64,000 nucleotides of DNA, taken from positions 49,358-113,357 of the forward strand of contig CAWKAR010000034.1 in NCBI GenBank assembly GCA_963847625.1, written 5' to 3'. A program made the position numbers and the translations under genes. Source of the stretch: a candidate division FCPU426 bacterium. GTDB taxonomy: Bacteria; Oederibacteriota; Muellerivitia; Muellerivitales; Muellerivitaceae. Below, piece by piece: positions 44,183 to 54,375 of this stretch; the stretch's first letter is position 1; each line of letters begins with the position of its first letter. Under the pieces are notes generated by a model. The model saw only the letters and a program-made list of their open reading frames with translations. It searched no databases and had not been told where the DNA came from.

Positions 44183-44737
44183 TTAGCGGGAAGGCCGGCG
44201 GTCTTTCTTTAAAACCGCGAACAGGAAGGAATCCCTCCAGCGGCCTTTTTGCCGAAGGTTTTCCCGCAAGCGCCCCTCGTACCGCATTCCGGCTTTTTGC
44301 AGGACGCGAGCCGAGGCCTTGTTCCTGGGGTAACAGGTGGCCTTAATGCGGTGGAGTTTTAATTTGGAAAAACCGAAACGGACCAGGGCTCTCGCGGCCT
44401 CGGTGGCATAACCTTTATTCCAATAGCGTCGGTTGAAGCAGTAGCCAATATCCGCTTCCCCAAACTCCAGGTTCCTTATCCTGATGCCGCAGCCGCCGAT
44501 GAGACGGTCCCCGCTTTTCAAGTGGACGGCCAACTCGTATTGCGTCCTCGGCTTTTCCTTGCGGTCCTTTTTGTGGAGCTTCAAAAAAGACTTGGTTTGC
44601 CCGGGCCGGTTGGGCCCCCAGGGCAGATAACGGACCACGATCGGATCGGAAGCGTATTGTTGGATTTCTTTCCAATCTCCTTTTTCAAATTCGCGCAGGA
44701 CCAGCCGGCGGGTTTCAATCGGCGGGAATTTTTTCAT
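44183..44737 (-). CDS. GNAT acetyltransferase, RimJ/RimL family
   Basis: IETRRLVLR, IGY...YWNKGYATEAA, NKASARVLQKAGMRYEG. Confidence 0.9.
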   Translation of the reverse strand: MKKFPPIETRRLVLREFEKGDWKEIQQYASDPIVVRYLPWGPNRPGQTKSFLKLHKKDRKEKPRTQYELAVHLKSGDRLIGGCGIRIRNLEFGEADIGYCFNRRYWNKGYATEAARALVRFGFSKLKLHRIKATCYPRNKASARVLQKAGMRYEGRLRENLRQKGRWRDSFLFAVLKKDRRPSR

Positions 44738-44771
44738 GACAGGGCCACCCATATTCTTGAATCAAAAAAAC

Positions 44772-45353
44772 TTATGGACAGGGAATCTTCGGCCAGGCGC
44801 CCAAGTCGGGCCAGGGTTCTTTCAGGAGGCGCTCCACCAGCTTGGCCGGATCCGCTTCCATCACCAGGGTCTCGATCACCGGCCCGTAGACGAATTCTTC
44901 CTCGACGGACTTTTCCAGGAAGGAAAAGAGGGTGTCGTAATACCCATCCACGTTTAAAAAACCGACCGGTTTGGCGTGAAGGCGCAATTGGTTCCAGGTG
45001 ACGACCTCCATCACCTCGTCCAAAGTGCCGAATCCCCCGGGCAGGGCGATGAACGCGTCGGATAATTCCGCCATCTTGGCCTTGCGCTCATGCATGTTCT
45101 TGACGATGTGCAACTCGGCCAAACCCGAGTGGGCCACTTCCAGAGTCCGGAGGGGATCAGGCAGGACGCCGACCACTTTCCCTCCCCCGGCCAAGGCCGC
45201 GTCGGCGAGAACCCCCATCAGGCCGGTTTTCGACCCCCCGTAAACCAGGGTGAGCCCCTTTTGGGCCAGGACTCTTCCCAATTGCTTGGCCGATTCGGCG
45301 TAGAGAGGCCTCTTGCCGAGGCTGGAGCCGCAAAAAACGCAGATGGATTTCAA
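44772..45353 (-). CDS. LOG-family phosphoribohydrolase (TIGR00730)
   Basis: ICVFCGSS, VYGG, MHERK, PGGFGTLDE. Confidence 0.92.
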   Translation of the reverse strand: MKSICVFCGSSLGKRPLYAESAKQLGRVLAQKGLTLVYGGSKTGLMGVLADAALAGGGKVVGVLPDPLRTLEVAHSGLAELHIVKNMHERKAKMAELSDAFIALPGGFGTLDEVMEVVTWNQLRLHAKPVGFLNVDGYYDTLFSFLEKSVEEEFVYGPVIETLVMEADPAKLVERLLKEPWPDLGAWPKIPCP

Positions 45354-45371
45354 AGGAGGTCCTTTTCCATG

Positions 45372-45653
45372 TTAAAACTTCCCCGGTTCTTTCTCGACAA
45401 TTTGGACCTCGAAATCCAGCGTTTCGCGGTTGATGGCCGCCTTGGCGGTGAAAGGATGGCCGTTTTTCCAGGCCCGGGTGAGGTCGGGCGACTGCTTCAT
45501 CATGCCGTCCAGGAAAAAGTCCAACTGCTTGTTGGCGAAAGCCTCGACCTTCTCCAGGGTTTTTTCCCCGTTCGGCTTGGAGGCGAAATACATGATGACG
45601 TTCTTGCGGATGATTTTTTCAAGCTGGGTGAGCATGCCTTTTGTGGGTTCCAT
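45372..45653 (-). CDS. Hypothetical protein
   Basis: ~93-aa ORF filling the gap on the operon strand. Confidence 0.55.
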   Translation of the reverse strand: MEPTKGMLTQLEKIIRKNVIMYFASKPNGEKTLEKVEAFANKQLDFFLDGMMKQSPDLTRAWKNGHPFTAKAAINRETLDFEVQIVEKEPGKF

Positions 45654-45959
45654 ATGGGGGACATCATACAATTATCATTAAAAAACAAAGCACTTTTTAG
45701 TACGGGAAGATTCTTCAGGAAAATGCGGATTTAAAGGGGTTTACAGGCCAACTGTATTTAACTTAATTACGAGCCACTCCCCATTGCGTAATCGGGGCTT
45801 GATTTATTTATGTTAAATAAAAATTGGAAGAATAGGCGTTCGTTGGTTTTACCTGGGTGTGGTTTTATTTAATGATTTTAAAAGTTCTAACTTCTAATTT
45901 CCCAACTCCTAACTTTGATTTTTGGGGTTGGGCTCTTGGACCCGCCCCTTTGTTACCGG

Positions 45960-46931
45960 CTATTCAATGGTGCCCAAGTCCTGGCGGGTGCTGTCCTCAT
46001 AAAAGTCGTAACAGTTGTCCCTCTTCCCCTTGTCCGCCCGCCACTTCATGGCGTCGCGCGGGTGCTGGTTGAGCAGTCCCGAAATGCCGTAAATGTCGTT
46101 ATAGCCCCACTCGATTTCCTTCCGGAGCGGGGCGAATTGCTCCTGAATGACCTTGTAAATGGGCTGGACGTCGAACTTGGGGTTCTGGAGGAATCCCAGC
46201 AAAAGTTCCAGGGGGCAATTGCCCGCGCCCCGGCCCATGCCGTTGATGGTGGCGTCGAGTATGTTCACCCCCTCGATGATGCACTGCTGGGTGTTGGCGT
46301 AAGCCAATTGGATGTTGTTGTGGCCGTGAAAACCCAGTTTTTCGATGGGCACGTATTTTTTGTAGAGGTTCAAGTAATAGGTGACCTGCTCGGAGTAAAA
46401 CGCCCCGTAACTGTCCACCAAATAAAGATGGTCCACCTCGGGCACCTTGGACACGTCCTCGAGCCCCTCGATGAGTTCCGTCTCGATGGCCGCCGACACC
46501 GCCATGATGTTGAGCGAGGTATGGTAGCCCTTGTCCTTGGAGCGTTTGACCGCGTCCAGCGCCTTGTCGATCTGCGGCACGTAGCAGGCCGTGCGGATCA
46601 TGTCCACGGGGCTTTCTTTCTTATTCTTGAGCCCGTTCAGGTCGATGCGGCCGATGTCGAACATCACGGCGATGAGGGGGCGGGCGCTCCCCTTATGGCT
46701 CCCCACGATGCGCTTGATAACGTCATCGTCGCAGAAATTCCACGGGCCGTACTTGGTGCGAGGGTAATCCGGGCTCTCCACAAGCTTCTTGCCCAGTTCT
46801 ATGATGTCCACCCCCGCCTCGCAGATGGCGCAATAAACCGCCTTCACGAAATCCTCGGAAAACTGGTAATTATTGATCAGCCCGCCGTCGCGGATGGTGC
46901 AATCCAAAACCTTGATCTCTTTTCGAAACAT
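45960..46931 (-). CDS. HMGL-like (DRE-TIM) aldolase-domain protein
   Basis: LDCTIRDGG, VDSYG, GFHGHNN, GMGRGAGN. Confidence 0.85.
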   Translation of the reverse strand: MFRKEIKVLDCTIRDGGLINNYQFSEDFVKAVYCAICEAGVDIIELGKKLVESPDYPRTKYGPWNFCDDDVIKRIVGSHKGSARPLIAVMFDIGRIDLNGLKNKKESPVDMIRTACYVPQIDKALDAVKRSKDKGYHTSLNIMAVSAAIETELIEGLEDVSKVPEVDHLYLVDSYGAFYSEQVTYYLNLYKKYVPIEKLGFHGHNNIQLAYANTQQCIIEGVNILDATINGMGRGAGNCPLELLLGFLQNPKFDVQPIYKVIQEQFAPLRKEIEWGYNDIYGISGLLNQHPRDAMKWRADKGKRDNCYDFYEDSTRQDLGTIE

Positions 46932-47050
46932 TTGTTTTCCTTTTCGTAAATTGGTTCAAAACCACAACTTAAAACAACGCAGGGGCCTACAATGTTTAAA
47001 AGATATGACTTTCAAAGTCCTGCTTTAAACGCCGGAACCCGAAATTTTTT

Positions 47051-48103
47051 TCAGCCGCTCTTTTTCCTGCCCGGTCTGAGCGCCCTGACCGCCGCGCCGG
47101 CTCTCCACATTTCGGAATTCTTGATCGCATCCAACTCTTTGGCCAGCGCTTCCCTGTAATTCGGGGCCAAACTGGATTCAAGGACTCTTCTGGTTTCCAC
47201 CCCGTCTTTGACGCTTTGATATAGTTTTGTGAATATTGGGGCAACCGCATCCCTGAATTTGGGTTTCCAATCCAATGCCCCTCTCCTGGCTGTTTCACTG
47301 CAATTGGCGTACATCCAGTCCATTCCATTTTCATCGACCAACCGGATTAAGCTTTGGGTCAACTCTTCCACGGTTTCATTGAACGCCTCGCTCGGGTCAT
47401 GGCCTCTTTTTCTTAATTCGGCGTATTGGGCTTCCAAAACTCCCGCCAGGCATCCCATGAGAACTCCCCGTTCCCCCGTTAAATCGCTCCAAACCTCCTT
47501 CTCGAAGGTGGTCGGGAACAAATAACCGGAGCCAATGGCGATTCCCACGGCTTTTGTCCTGTCCCATGCCCTCCCGGTGTGATCCTGATGGACAGCCATG
47601 CTGGAATTGATGCCGTCCCCGCTCAAAAAGTTTCTCCTGACCGATGTTCCCGAACCTTTCGGGGCGACCAAGATGACATCTATGTCTTTCGGGGGGATAA
47701 CCCCTGTTTGGTCCCCATAAACAATCGAGAACCCGTGCGAAAAATACAACGCGTCTCCCGGATGCAAATGGGGCTTCACTTTCGGCCAAGTGGCTTTTTG
47801 ACCGGCATCTTGCAATAAAAATTGAAGGATCGTCCCTCTTTCAGCGGCGTCTTCCAATGAAAGCAATGTTTTCCCGGGGGCCCAGCCTTCCTTTACCGCT
47901 TTTTTATAGTTGTCGGTGCCTTCCAATTCGGCGACGACAACATCAAATCCCTGGTCCCTCATATTCTGGGCTTGGGCGCCGCCTTGGATTCCATAGCCCA
48001 GAACGGCGATTTTTTCGTCTTTCAGGACATCCTTTGCTTTTTTCAAAGGGAATTCATCCCTTGTGACAATCTCTTCCTCGACACCGCCAAAATTAATTTT
48101 CAT
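47051..48103 (-). CDS. ilvC: Ketol-acid reductoisomerase
   Basis: GYGIQG, FSHGF, VAPKGSG, SDLTGERGVLMG, EAFNETVEE. Confidence 0.95.
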   Translation of the reverse strand: MKINFGGVEEEIVTRDEFPLKKAKDVLKDEKIAVLGYGIQGGAQAQNMRDQGFDVVVAELEGTDNYKKAVKEGWAPGKTLLSLEDAAERGTILQFLLQDAGQKATWPKVKPHLHPGDALYFSHGFSIVYGDQTGVIPPKDIDVILVAPKGSGTSVRRNFLSGDGINSSMAVHQDHTGRAWDRTKAVGIAIGSGYLFPTTFEKEVWSDLTGERGVLMGCLAGVLEAQYAELRKRGHDPSEAFNETVEELTQSLIRLVDENGMDWMYANCSETARRGALDWKPKFRDAVAPIFTKLYQSVKDGVETRRVLESSLAPNYREALAKELDAIKNSEMWRAGAAVRALRPGRKKSG

Positions 48104-48207
48104 TGCACAGGCCTCCCTAAGATGTATGTGACCTTCCCCAACAACCAACCTATTTTCGGATCAGTTTTCAGGGGAAGAGTCGGGTTGATTATTAGAAATT
48201 ATGTTTT

Positions 48208-48807
48208 TTACATGAATTTTTTCAAAATTCTTTTCAGTTCATCAAATGTTTCCGCGCGGCGCATTTCTATTTCTTGTTTTTTCAATGCGGCGCTTGCCTT
48301 GAATAATATCCCAATATCCGCTTCTTTCAGCATCTTTACATCGTTAAATGAATCCCCGACAGCAATGGTTTCAAATCCCGCTTCCTTAAAGCGCTTCACC
48401 ACTTCACTTTTTCCGTCCGGTTCTCGCAGCTTATAATCAACCACCATCCCATTTTTATCTATGACTAATGAATTCGCGTAAGTGAATGGATTTCCGATTT
48501 TTTCAATCAGCGGGTTAATATAGTCATAATAACTTCCAGTCAGTATGGCTACTTGCGCTATGGTCCTTAACCAATCCAAAAATTCTTTTGCCCCTTCAAA
48601 AGGGTTCATTTTTGAAACGATTTTGTGCATTTCATCTATGTTGATACTATGTTTTTTTAACACAGCTATCCTCATTTTCATCAATACATCATAATCCGGC
48701 TCATCCCTGGTCGTTTTCATGAGTTCGGGAATTCTCGCGATTTTTGAGAACTCTTCCCAAAATTCAGGGACAAGCACACCCTCTAGGTCAAAACATACCA
48801 CCTTCAT
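48208..48807 (-). CDS. thrH: Phosphoserine phosphatase / homoserine phosphotransferase
   Basis: DLEGVLVPEFW, TTRDEPDYDVLM, GDSFND. Confidence 0.9.
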   Translation of the reverse strand: MKVVCFDLEGVLVPEFWEEFSKIARIPELMKTTRDEPDYDVLMKMRIAVLKKHSINIDEMHKIVSKMNPFEGAKEFLDWLRTIAQVAILTGSYYDYINPLIEKIGNPFTYANSLVIDKNGMVVDYKLREPDGKSEVVKRFKEAGFETIAVGDSFNDVKMLKEADIGILFKASAALKKQEIEMRRAETFDELKRILKKFM

Positions 48808-49151
48808 AGAATGACCCCCGGATGAAGTGATCTAACCATGTCTGCCCTTCCCTAAGATTCAGCTCGAATTTAAGTCCGATAGTTTAACTGATTTTAGGGA
48901 AATTTGGGCCCTACTGATTAAAAGATAGAATTTTTTAGTTTCCAGGACGTTCAAGCTGTCATGGGCCAATTCACAATATGGCAACTAATGAAATTGATAC
49001 TATACCGAACACATTGAAAGCTTTATGGAGAGTCGGCATGCGAGCTTCGAATTTTGAAGCGAAGCAACCCTAGTTTATGGATGGTTTTACGGGCCAGGTC
49101 GCCTACCAGCACGCGGTGCGAAGAGCCGGGCGCCTTTTTGCGCAGCGGGCG

Positions 49152-50900
49152 TTATTCCCTGACCGCGTTTTGAACGGCGCGGGCATCCTTCTGCTTCACC
49201 TCGTCCGCTTTTTTTGCTGCTGTTTCAAGAATGGTATCGAGGGCCTCACCCGATAACGAATCCTTCATTTCCCACCAGGACTTATAATTTCTAGCCTTCG
49301 ATTCGGCGTTTAAATAGTAAAGAAGCGTTAAGGTGTAACCAAGGGGTCTTTCACCCTTGTCCACCAATTTCCCCTGATAGAAAATGGCGTTTTTACCGAC
49401 TGTTGGAAGTTTGGCTTCACACTGGTTGGTGTCCGCTTCCCTTTCGGCGTCGAGGTATGTCTTGGAGGCCGACCATTCGGCGATACCCTGGGAGCAGGTT
49501 ATATTCCAAGGAAAAAAAATAGGTTCGTTCGTGTGGGGGTTCCTGATAGGGGATGCCGCCAATTTCCGGTTCATCGTCCTGCGTATATTTTTCTCAACCG
49601 ATTCCCTGAAACGCTTCGCTTTTTCCAAAACCTCGGTCTCGGTCCCTTCGAAAACCCAAAGGAATTCGTCCCCCCCGACCCGGAAAGCCCTGTTGGGGAA
49701 ATGCGCCTTCAGCATATTCCCGAAAGCCACAATCACCTGGTCGCCTATTTCGTGGCCCAAACAGTCGTTAATGCTCTTGAAAAAATCTATATCCAAGCGG
49801 CAAATGAAAAATAACTTCGCAAGCGTTTTGGTGCGGAAACTAGGCAAGTAAGCGTCCACGGCGGCTTTTGAGTAAAGTCCCGTCATGGGGTCCATGTATA
49901 AGGCCCTGAAAAACGCACCCTTGATTTCCTCTTTTTCCATGAGGGATTTGGCCATGTCATTGAAGGCTTCTGTCAAGTCCCCCAGCTCGTCAGAGCGGTG
50001 AATGTCTATTTTTTGGGCGAAATTTCCCGCCGCGATGGCGGACACGCCTTTAACCAGGAGGCGGATGGGTTTGACCAGGATGCTTACGAACACGGTCATG
50101 CCGAGGATTCCTAAAAGCAGGATTCCTACGGTCGTCATAAGGATGGCTACCCCCACATACCGGACTACGCGGATAATGGTGTTTTGGTTCATGCCCAAGT
50201 GGACTTCCCCGATTTTAAATATTTTCCCCTCGAGCTTGGTGCTAATGGGGACGGCGATGTCGTAATAAGTCCTATTCCCCTGCCGGTAAGCTTGAGTCAG
50301 GATGGGTTCCTCTTTTCCCAGGGGCCGGGTGCCGGGAGGTTGTTGATAGGCGACATGTCCCATGACGTTCTGGATATTGTTATCCGCGACGATATTCCTG
50401 TTCTTGTCCAGGATCTTGATGTATTCCATGTCCCCTTTTTTCACCTCGGATTCGTCCGGCCAGAAAAATTGCCGGACCCATTCATCCGCCAGGTTGGTGT
50501 AAAGGAGCAGTTTCTCTTGGAACGGGTTTAAACCCGAGGATATGTCGCGGTCAGAGGCGTTGGTCCCCAAATTCATGGCGTCATGGGTTAATTGGAGAAG
50601 AACCAGGGAAGAATCTTCCCGTTCGAGACTCTGCTGGCGGGATGTTGAGCGCGGCAATTTGATCATGGGATCCACGCTGTTCAGGGCCAGGCTTCTGGCC
50701 TCGGATTCGCCCCGTTCGAGAACCTGTTGGATCAGGGTTCCGCGCATTTGGGCCTGAATCAGCCACGACACCACACCCATGACTCCGCAAATGAGGATTG
50801 TCAAAACCAGGATAAACTTGGCTCTGAGGGAAAACAGGTGGCGTTTGATGACAGCTTTGACTTTCTGGGTTCCTGTCGGTGATGGAATAATCTCGCTCAA
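49152..50900 (-). CDS. Membrane sensor with HAMP and GGDEF domains (diguanylate cyclase)
   Basis: Two TM segments, DELGDLTEAFNDM (HAMP), DPMTGL, DIDFFKSIND..GH..GD, RVGGDEF. Confidence 0.88.
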   Translation of the reverse strand: MSEIIPSPTGTQKVKAVIKRHLFSLRAKFILVLTILICGVMGVVSWLIQAQMRGTLIQQVLERGESEARSLALNSVDPMIKLPRSTSRQQSLEREDSSLVLLQLTHDAMNLGTNASDRDISSGLNPFQEKLLLYTNLADEWVRQFFWPDESEVKKGDMEYIKILDKNRNIVADNNIQNVMGHVAYQQPPGTRPLGKEEPILTQAYRQGNRTYYDIAVPISTKLEGKIFKIGEVHLGMNQNTIIRVVRYVGVAILMTTVGILLLGILGMTVFVSILVKPIRLLVKGVSAIAAGNFAQKIDIHRSDELGDLTEAFNDMAKSLMEKEEIKGAFFRALYMDPMTGLYSKAAVDAYLPSFRTKTLAKLFFICRLDIDFFKSINDCLGHEIGDQVIVAFGNMLKAHFPNRAFRVGGDEFLWVFEGTETEVLEKAKRFRESVEKNIRRTMNRKLAASPIRNPHTNEPIFFPWNITCSQGIAEWSASKTYLDAEREADTNQCEAKLPTVGKNAIFYQGKLVDKGERPLGYTLTLLYYLNAESKARNYKSWWEMKDSLSGEALDTILETAAKKADEVKQKDARAVQNAVRE

Positions 50901-51107
50901 GATGCCTGCCCTCGGGAGTAATTGGGAATAAGAAGTATATTAATATAGACAAATAGCCGGGGCCTGTCAAACAAGCCTGTGGTTACGGCACCTCAGCGAG
51001 TGGCATAAGCCATGTTTCCTAGGGTCATGCTGGGTTTACCTAGGGACATGGACCCGGGTTTCTGGTAAACGGAGCTCGCAACCCGGTAAATATAGGACCC
51101 TATGGGA

Positions 51108-52682
51108 CTATGAAACCGTATCTGTGACTGACAGCCGATTGGATGCCTGTAGTATTTCCTCGAAAGTCCTGCGGTCGTCCGAGGGGATTAAAGAATAGTC
51201 CAAGCGAATGCCGAAACGATAGGATTTTTTGGAGACAGTGTTGGCATCCTCCGCTTTTCGGCCGATCGCCACGATCAAGTCTTCGGCCTCCTCCGGACCG
51301 CAGCGTGGGCGCACCACCGTGAATTCCCCCCCTCCAAACCTTGCCAACAACGCGGTCTCTCCGAAAGTTTCCTGGAGAACACGGGCGGCCTGGAGAATGA
51401 CTTCATCCCCTTCCTCATGGCCCCATCGATCGTTGATGGCTTTCAAACCCTCGACATCCCCGAACAGGATCAAGGTCATCATGCCTTCAGCGCGCTCGCG
51501 TTGGAGGTACTGGTTGGCCATCTGGTTTAAACCGCGGCTGTTGTAAAGGCCGGTCAAGGAATCAATCAGGGACGGTTTTTGGTGGCTGATCTGTTTTTGC
51601 TTGTACAACCTTTGGTCCGATTCCAGCAATATCTCGTCGAGAGTCCGGGGGTCGTCCGGGGAAAGCAAGGAATAGCCCAAGCTAATGCCGAGGTGGTACT
51701 GTTTTTTGGAGCCTTCGTTGTATTCCTTCAATTTCCGGCCGATCAAAACCATGAAACCTTCGGCCGCCACCCCGTCGCTGTGCCGAAGCACTACCGTAAA
51801 CTCATCCCCGCCGAACCGGGCCACGAGGGCCGTCTCCCCGAAAGTCTCCTGGAGAATACGGGCGGTCCGGATGATGGCTTCATCCCCCTGCGCATGGCCC
51901 CATTGATCGTTGATGACTTTCAAGCCATCGATATCCCCGAAAAAGACCAGGGTTTTCACGCCTTCCGCGCGCCCCAGTTTGAGGTACTGCTCGGCCAAGA
52001 GGTTCAAGCCACGGCGGTTGTAAAGGCCGGTTAAGGTATCCTTCAGGGACAGGTTTTGGACCTCCTGATAGGCTTCTTTCAAGCGCGCCCTGATGCCCTG
52101 CTGAAGGCTTATCACCTGGCCTTGCCGGTAGAAAAGGTAGATGCTGATGACAACCAAGTTGGACGCGATGAAGATCTGGGCCGTCAAGCCGGTTAGTTGA
52201 AGGCCCGGGATGCCCCAATGGCTGCCTATGACAATCGAGAGGGTTTCCAACAGGATAAAGACCGCCAAATTGGTGATACGGTAGGAGGTCTTATGAACGA
52301 CGGCCGACATGGGCGCCAGCATGGCCCAAAGCCCAAAACCGCCCGAAGAAACGAATCCGCCCATCAAGGCCTGGGTCATCAAGGGCAGGAGCATGATCAG
52401 GGTGAGCTCGAGTTGGAGCAGGACCGGGAAGGCCCGGGCTGAGCGGAAAAAGATCACGGCAATGACGATATCGGCGAGGATAAAGAACACGGAGGGAAGG
52501 GCCGCCACCCAAAACCCCATCACGCATAAGGAGATCACCACCATGGACGCGGCGATAAAAATGGTTTTTAAACCGCTGACGAAAATTTTATCCAGGGCGG
52601 CTTTTTCTTCAGCCGCGCTGGCATCCAAAAGCGTCACGGGCACGTTGGTTTCGATCTTAAAACCTCCAAGTTCCGCCCTCAT
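51108..52682 (-). CDS. Membrane diguanylate cyclase with tandem GGDEF domains (second one degenerate)
   Basis: Multiple TM helices; DTLTGLYNRR...RFGGDEF; DSLTGLYNSR...RFGGGEF. Confidence 0.88.
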   Translation of the reverse strand: MRAELGGFKIETNVPVTLLDASAAEEKAALDKIFVSGLKTIFIAASMVVISLCVMGFWVAALPSVFFILADIVIAVIFFRSARAFPVLLQLELTLIMLLPLMTQALMGGFVSSGGFGLWAMLAPMSAVVHKTSYRITNLAVFILLETLSIVIGSHWGIPGLQLTGLTAQIFIASNLVVISIYLFYRQGQVISLQQGIRARLKEAYQEVQNLSLKDTLTGLYNRRGLNLLAEQYLKLGRAEGVKTLVFFGDIDGLKVINDQWGHAQGDEAIIRTARILQETFGETALVARFGGDEFTVVLRHSDGVAAEGFMVLIGRKLKEYNEGSKKQYHLGISLGYSLLSPDDPRTLDEILLESDQRLYKQKQISHQKPSLIDSLTGLYNSRGLNQMANQYLQRERAEGMMTLILFGDVEGLKAINDRWGHEEGDEVILQAARVLQETFGETALLARFGGGEFTVVRPRCGPEEAEDLIVAIGRKAEDANTVSKKSYRFGIRLDYSLIPSDDRRTFEEILQASNRLSVTDTVS

Positions 52683-52990
52683 TCCGCGAAACCAGTTCGA
52701 TTAACCTGGGATTTCCGGTTAAATTGTTGCTCATTATATTGTTCCCCTCCGTTTCTACAACCACAATTCCGAATTTACCGGCCCTTGGGTAGGCCCAAGC
52801 TGTTTTAGATAGAACCCTCAAGGTCAAGGATGAAAGTTTCATAATTTGAAACCCCTGAAAAACTAAAAAAAGCGGCCAACAGAGGTTTCGGCCCCAAAGA
52901 TTTCCGCGCCATTTTTCCATATAAATCTTCACACCTGTCCAAAATAGACTTTTGCCTTAGCAGTTCATTCATAATTCAAAATTTAGAATT

Positions 52991-54045
52991 GCCGAATTCA
53001 CGGAGTAAGTGCAACACTTCGCCGGAAGACTTCCGCCGGAGTTTTAAAGCCCAAACATTTCCTGGGCCTGTTATTGAGCCATCTTTCTATGGTCCTGAAT
53101 TCTTTGAAGGACACTTTAGCAAGATCAGTCTTTTTAGGCAAATGGCGGCGGACAAGACCGATAGTATTTTCCACCGTACCTTTTTCCCAACTGTGGAAAG
53201 GGGCGCAGAAAAAGGATTTTGTACCAAGCACGTGGTTGGTTTCCAAGTGGTTGGTGTTTTCGGTTCCGTTGTCATAGGTCAGACTCAGGCGGGCGTCTTG
53301 AGGGAAGCGGCATAAAGCGCGGTTGAGGCTATGACTCATTTGGCGAGCGGTCTTTCGTTTGAGCTTTCCCAACTTGGAAAAACGGCTTTGACGCTCGACG
53401 AGAGCCCGCATAGCAACTTTACTCTGACGAGAGACCATGGTGTCGGTTTCCCAATGGCCGAATTGCTTGCGTTGATTGGCGATCTCGGAGCGCTTATCGA
53501 TGGAAACACGGCCTGGGATATGGTTTTTGGCGTGCTTACGGCTATGGCCAAATGAGAATCGTCGCCGGTGGTGTCGAACTAGGCAAGGAATCAGCTCAGT
53601 GGCTTCAGCATAAACCCACTGATAGATAGCTTCAGGACCAATGGTTTGCTTAGGCCGTAGGTGACCTAATCGACCTGAAATGAGTTCTGGAGACCAGCCT
53701 CGTTTCAATTGACGACGGACGTAGGCACGAATTCGTTTTGTTTTCAGGCGTAAACGGCGTGCTCGTTGTTGGTTGCGGTCAACATACCGTTGATGGGCTC
53801 GATGAGAAAGATAATAACCAGAACGGATAGGGGGAGCATTGCGCTTGAGTTCCCTGGAGAGGGTGGAAGGAGACCTCTTCAAGGCGCGTGAAATTGCTCG
53901 AAGGCTAAGACCCTTTCCTTTCAAGACGGATAAATGATCTCTTTCTTCAACGCTTAAATGCTTGTATTTCTTTTTCATAGCCGCATATCCTATTCATGCG
54001 GCCTTCTTCAGACACTAAGTGTTGCACTTACTTATGGAACTCGGG
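52991..54045 (-). mobile_element. IS30-family insertion sequence
   Basis: Imperfect terminal IRs sharing AGTAAGTGCAACACTT; ATT duplicated at 52988-52990 and 54046-54048. Confidence 0.88.
52998..53978 (-). CDS. IS30-family transposase
   Basis: STLSRELKRN HTH, WSPE, GHWETDT, TYDNGTE, WEKGTVEN, LNNRPRKCLGFKTP. Confidence 0.95.
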   Translation of the reverse strand: MKKKYKHLSVEERDHLSVLKGKGLSLRAISRALKRSPSTLSRELKRNAPPIRSGYYLSHRAHQRYVDRNQQRARRLRLKTKRIRAYVRRQLKRGWSPELISGRLGHLRPKQTIGPEAIYQWVYAEATELIPCLVRHHRRRFSFGHSRKHAKNHIPGRVSIDKRSEIANQRKQFGHWETDTMVSRQSKVAMRALVERQSRFSKLGKLKRKTARQMSHSLNRALCRFPQDARLSLTYDNGTENTNHLETNHVLGTKSFFCAPFHSWEKGTVENTIGLVRRHLPKKTDLAKVSFKEFRTIERWLNNRPRKCLGFKTPAEVFRRSVALTP

Positions 54046-54109
54046 ATTCATAATTCATTCCTGGATTTTTGGAATGTCATGCATCCCCTGCATCTGTGGC
54101 TAAGAAGGG

Positions 54110-54199
54110 TTTGCCTTAGCAGTTCATTCATAATTCAAAATTTAGAATTCATAATTCATTCCTGGATTTTTGGAATGTCATGCACCCCCTGCATCTGTG
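54110..54199. repeat. Intact copy of a ~90-bp direct repeat containing AATTCAT/AATTCAA heptamers; the other copy (52951-52990 + 54049-54098) is split by IS30
   Basis: TTTGCCTTAGCAGTTCATTCATAATTCAAAATTTAGAATT...CCTGCATCTGTG occurs twice. Confidence 0.8.
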
Positions 54200-54278
54200 C
54201 CGATTCACCATAAGTCAGTTAATGAAATCGGTACCATACCAATCTCCTTAAAAGCTTCATGGAAGATTGGCATGTGGC
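54195..54278. repeat. Dispersed double-inverted-repeat element, copy 2
   Basis: Near-identical stems to 44063-44147. Confidence 0.75.
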
Positions 54279-54375
54279 AAAGGACTTGGTTTTGCTTAAC
54301 GCCTTACAGATAAAAGAATTCCTGATTTTATTTATCTTTGTTACCTGGATTTTGTTTAATTTGGACAGGTGTGAT

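Noticed and set aside
45915..46949. 344-aa plus-strand ORF
   Set aside because: Antisense to the clearly recognisable HMGL-like gene.
51010..51105. Short CATG/CCTAGG inverted repeats between the two cyclase genes
   Set aside because: Short, single occurrence, no supportable function.
52657..52932. 91-aa minus-strand ORF upstream of the tandem GGDEF gene
   Set aside because: No recognisable motif; may be an N-terminal fragment or spurious.
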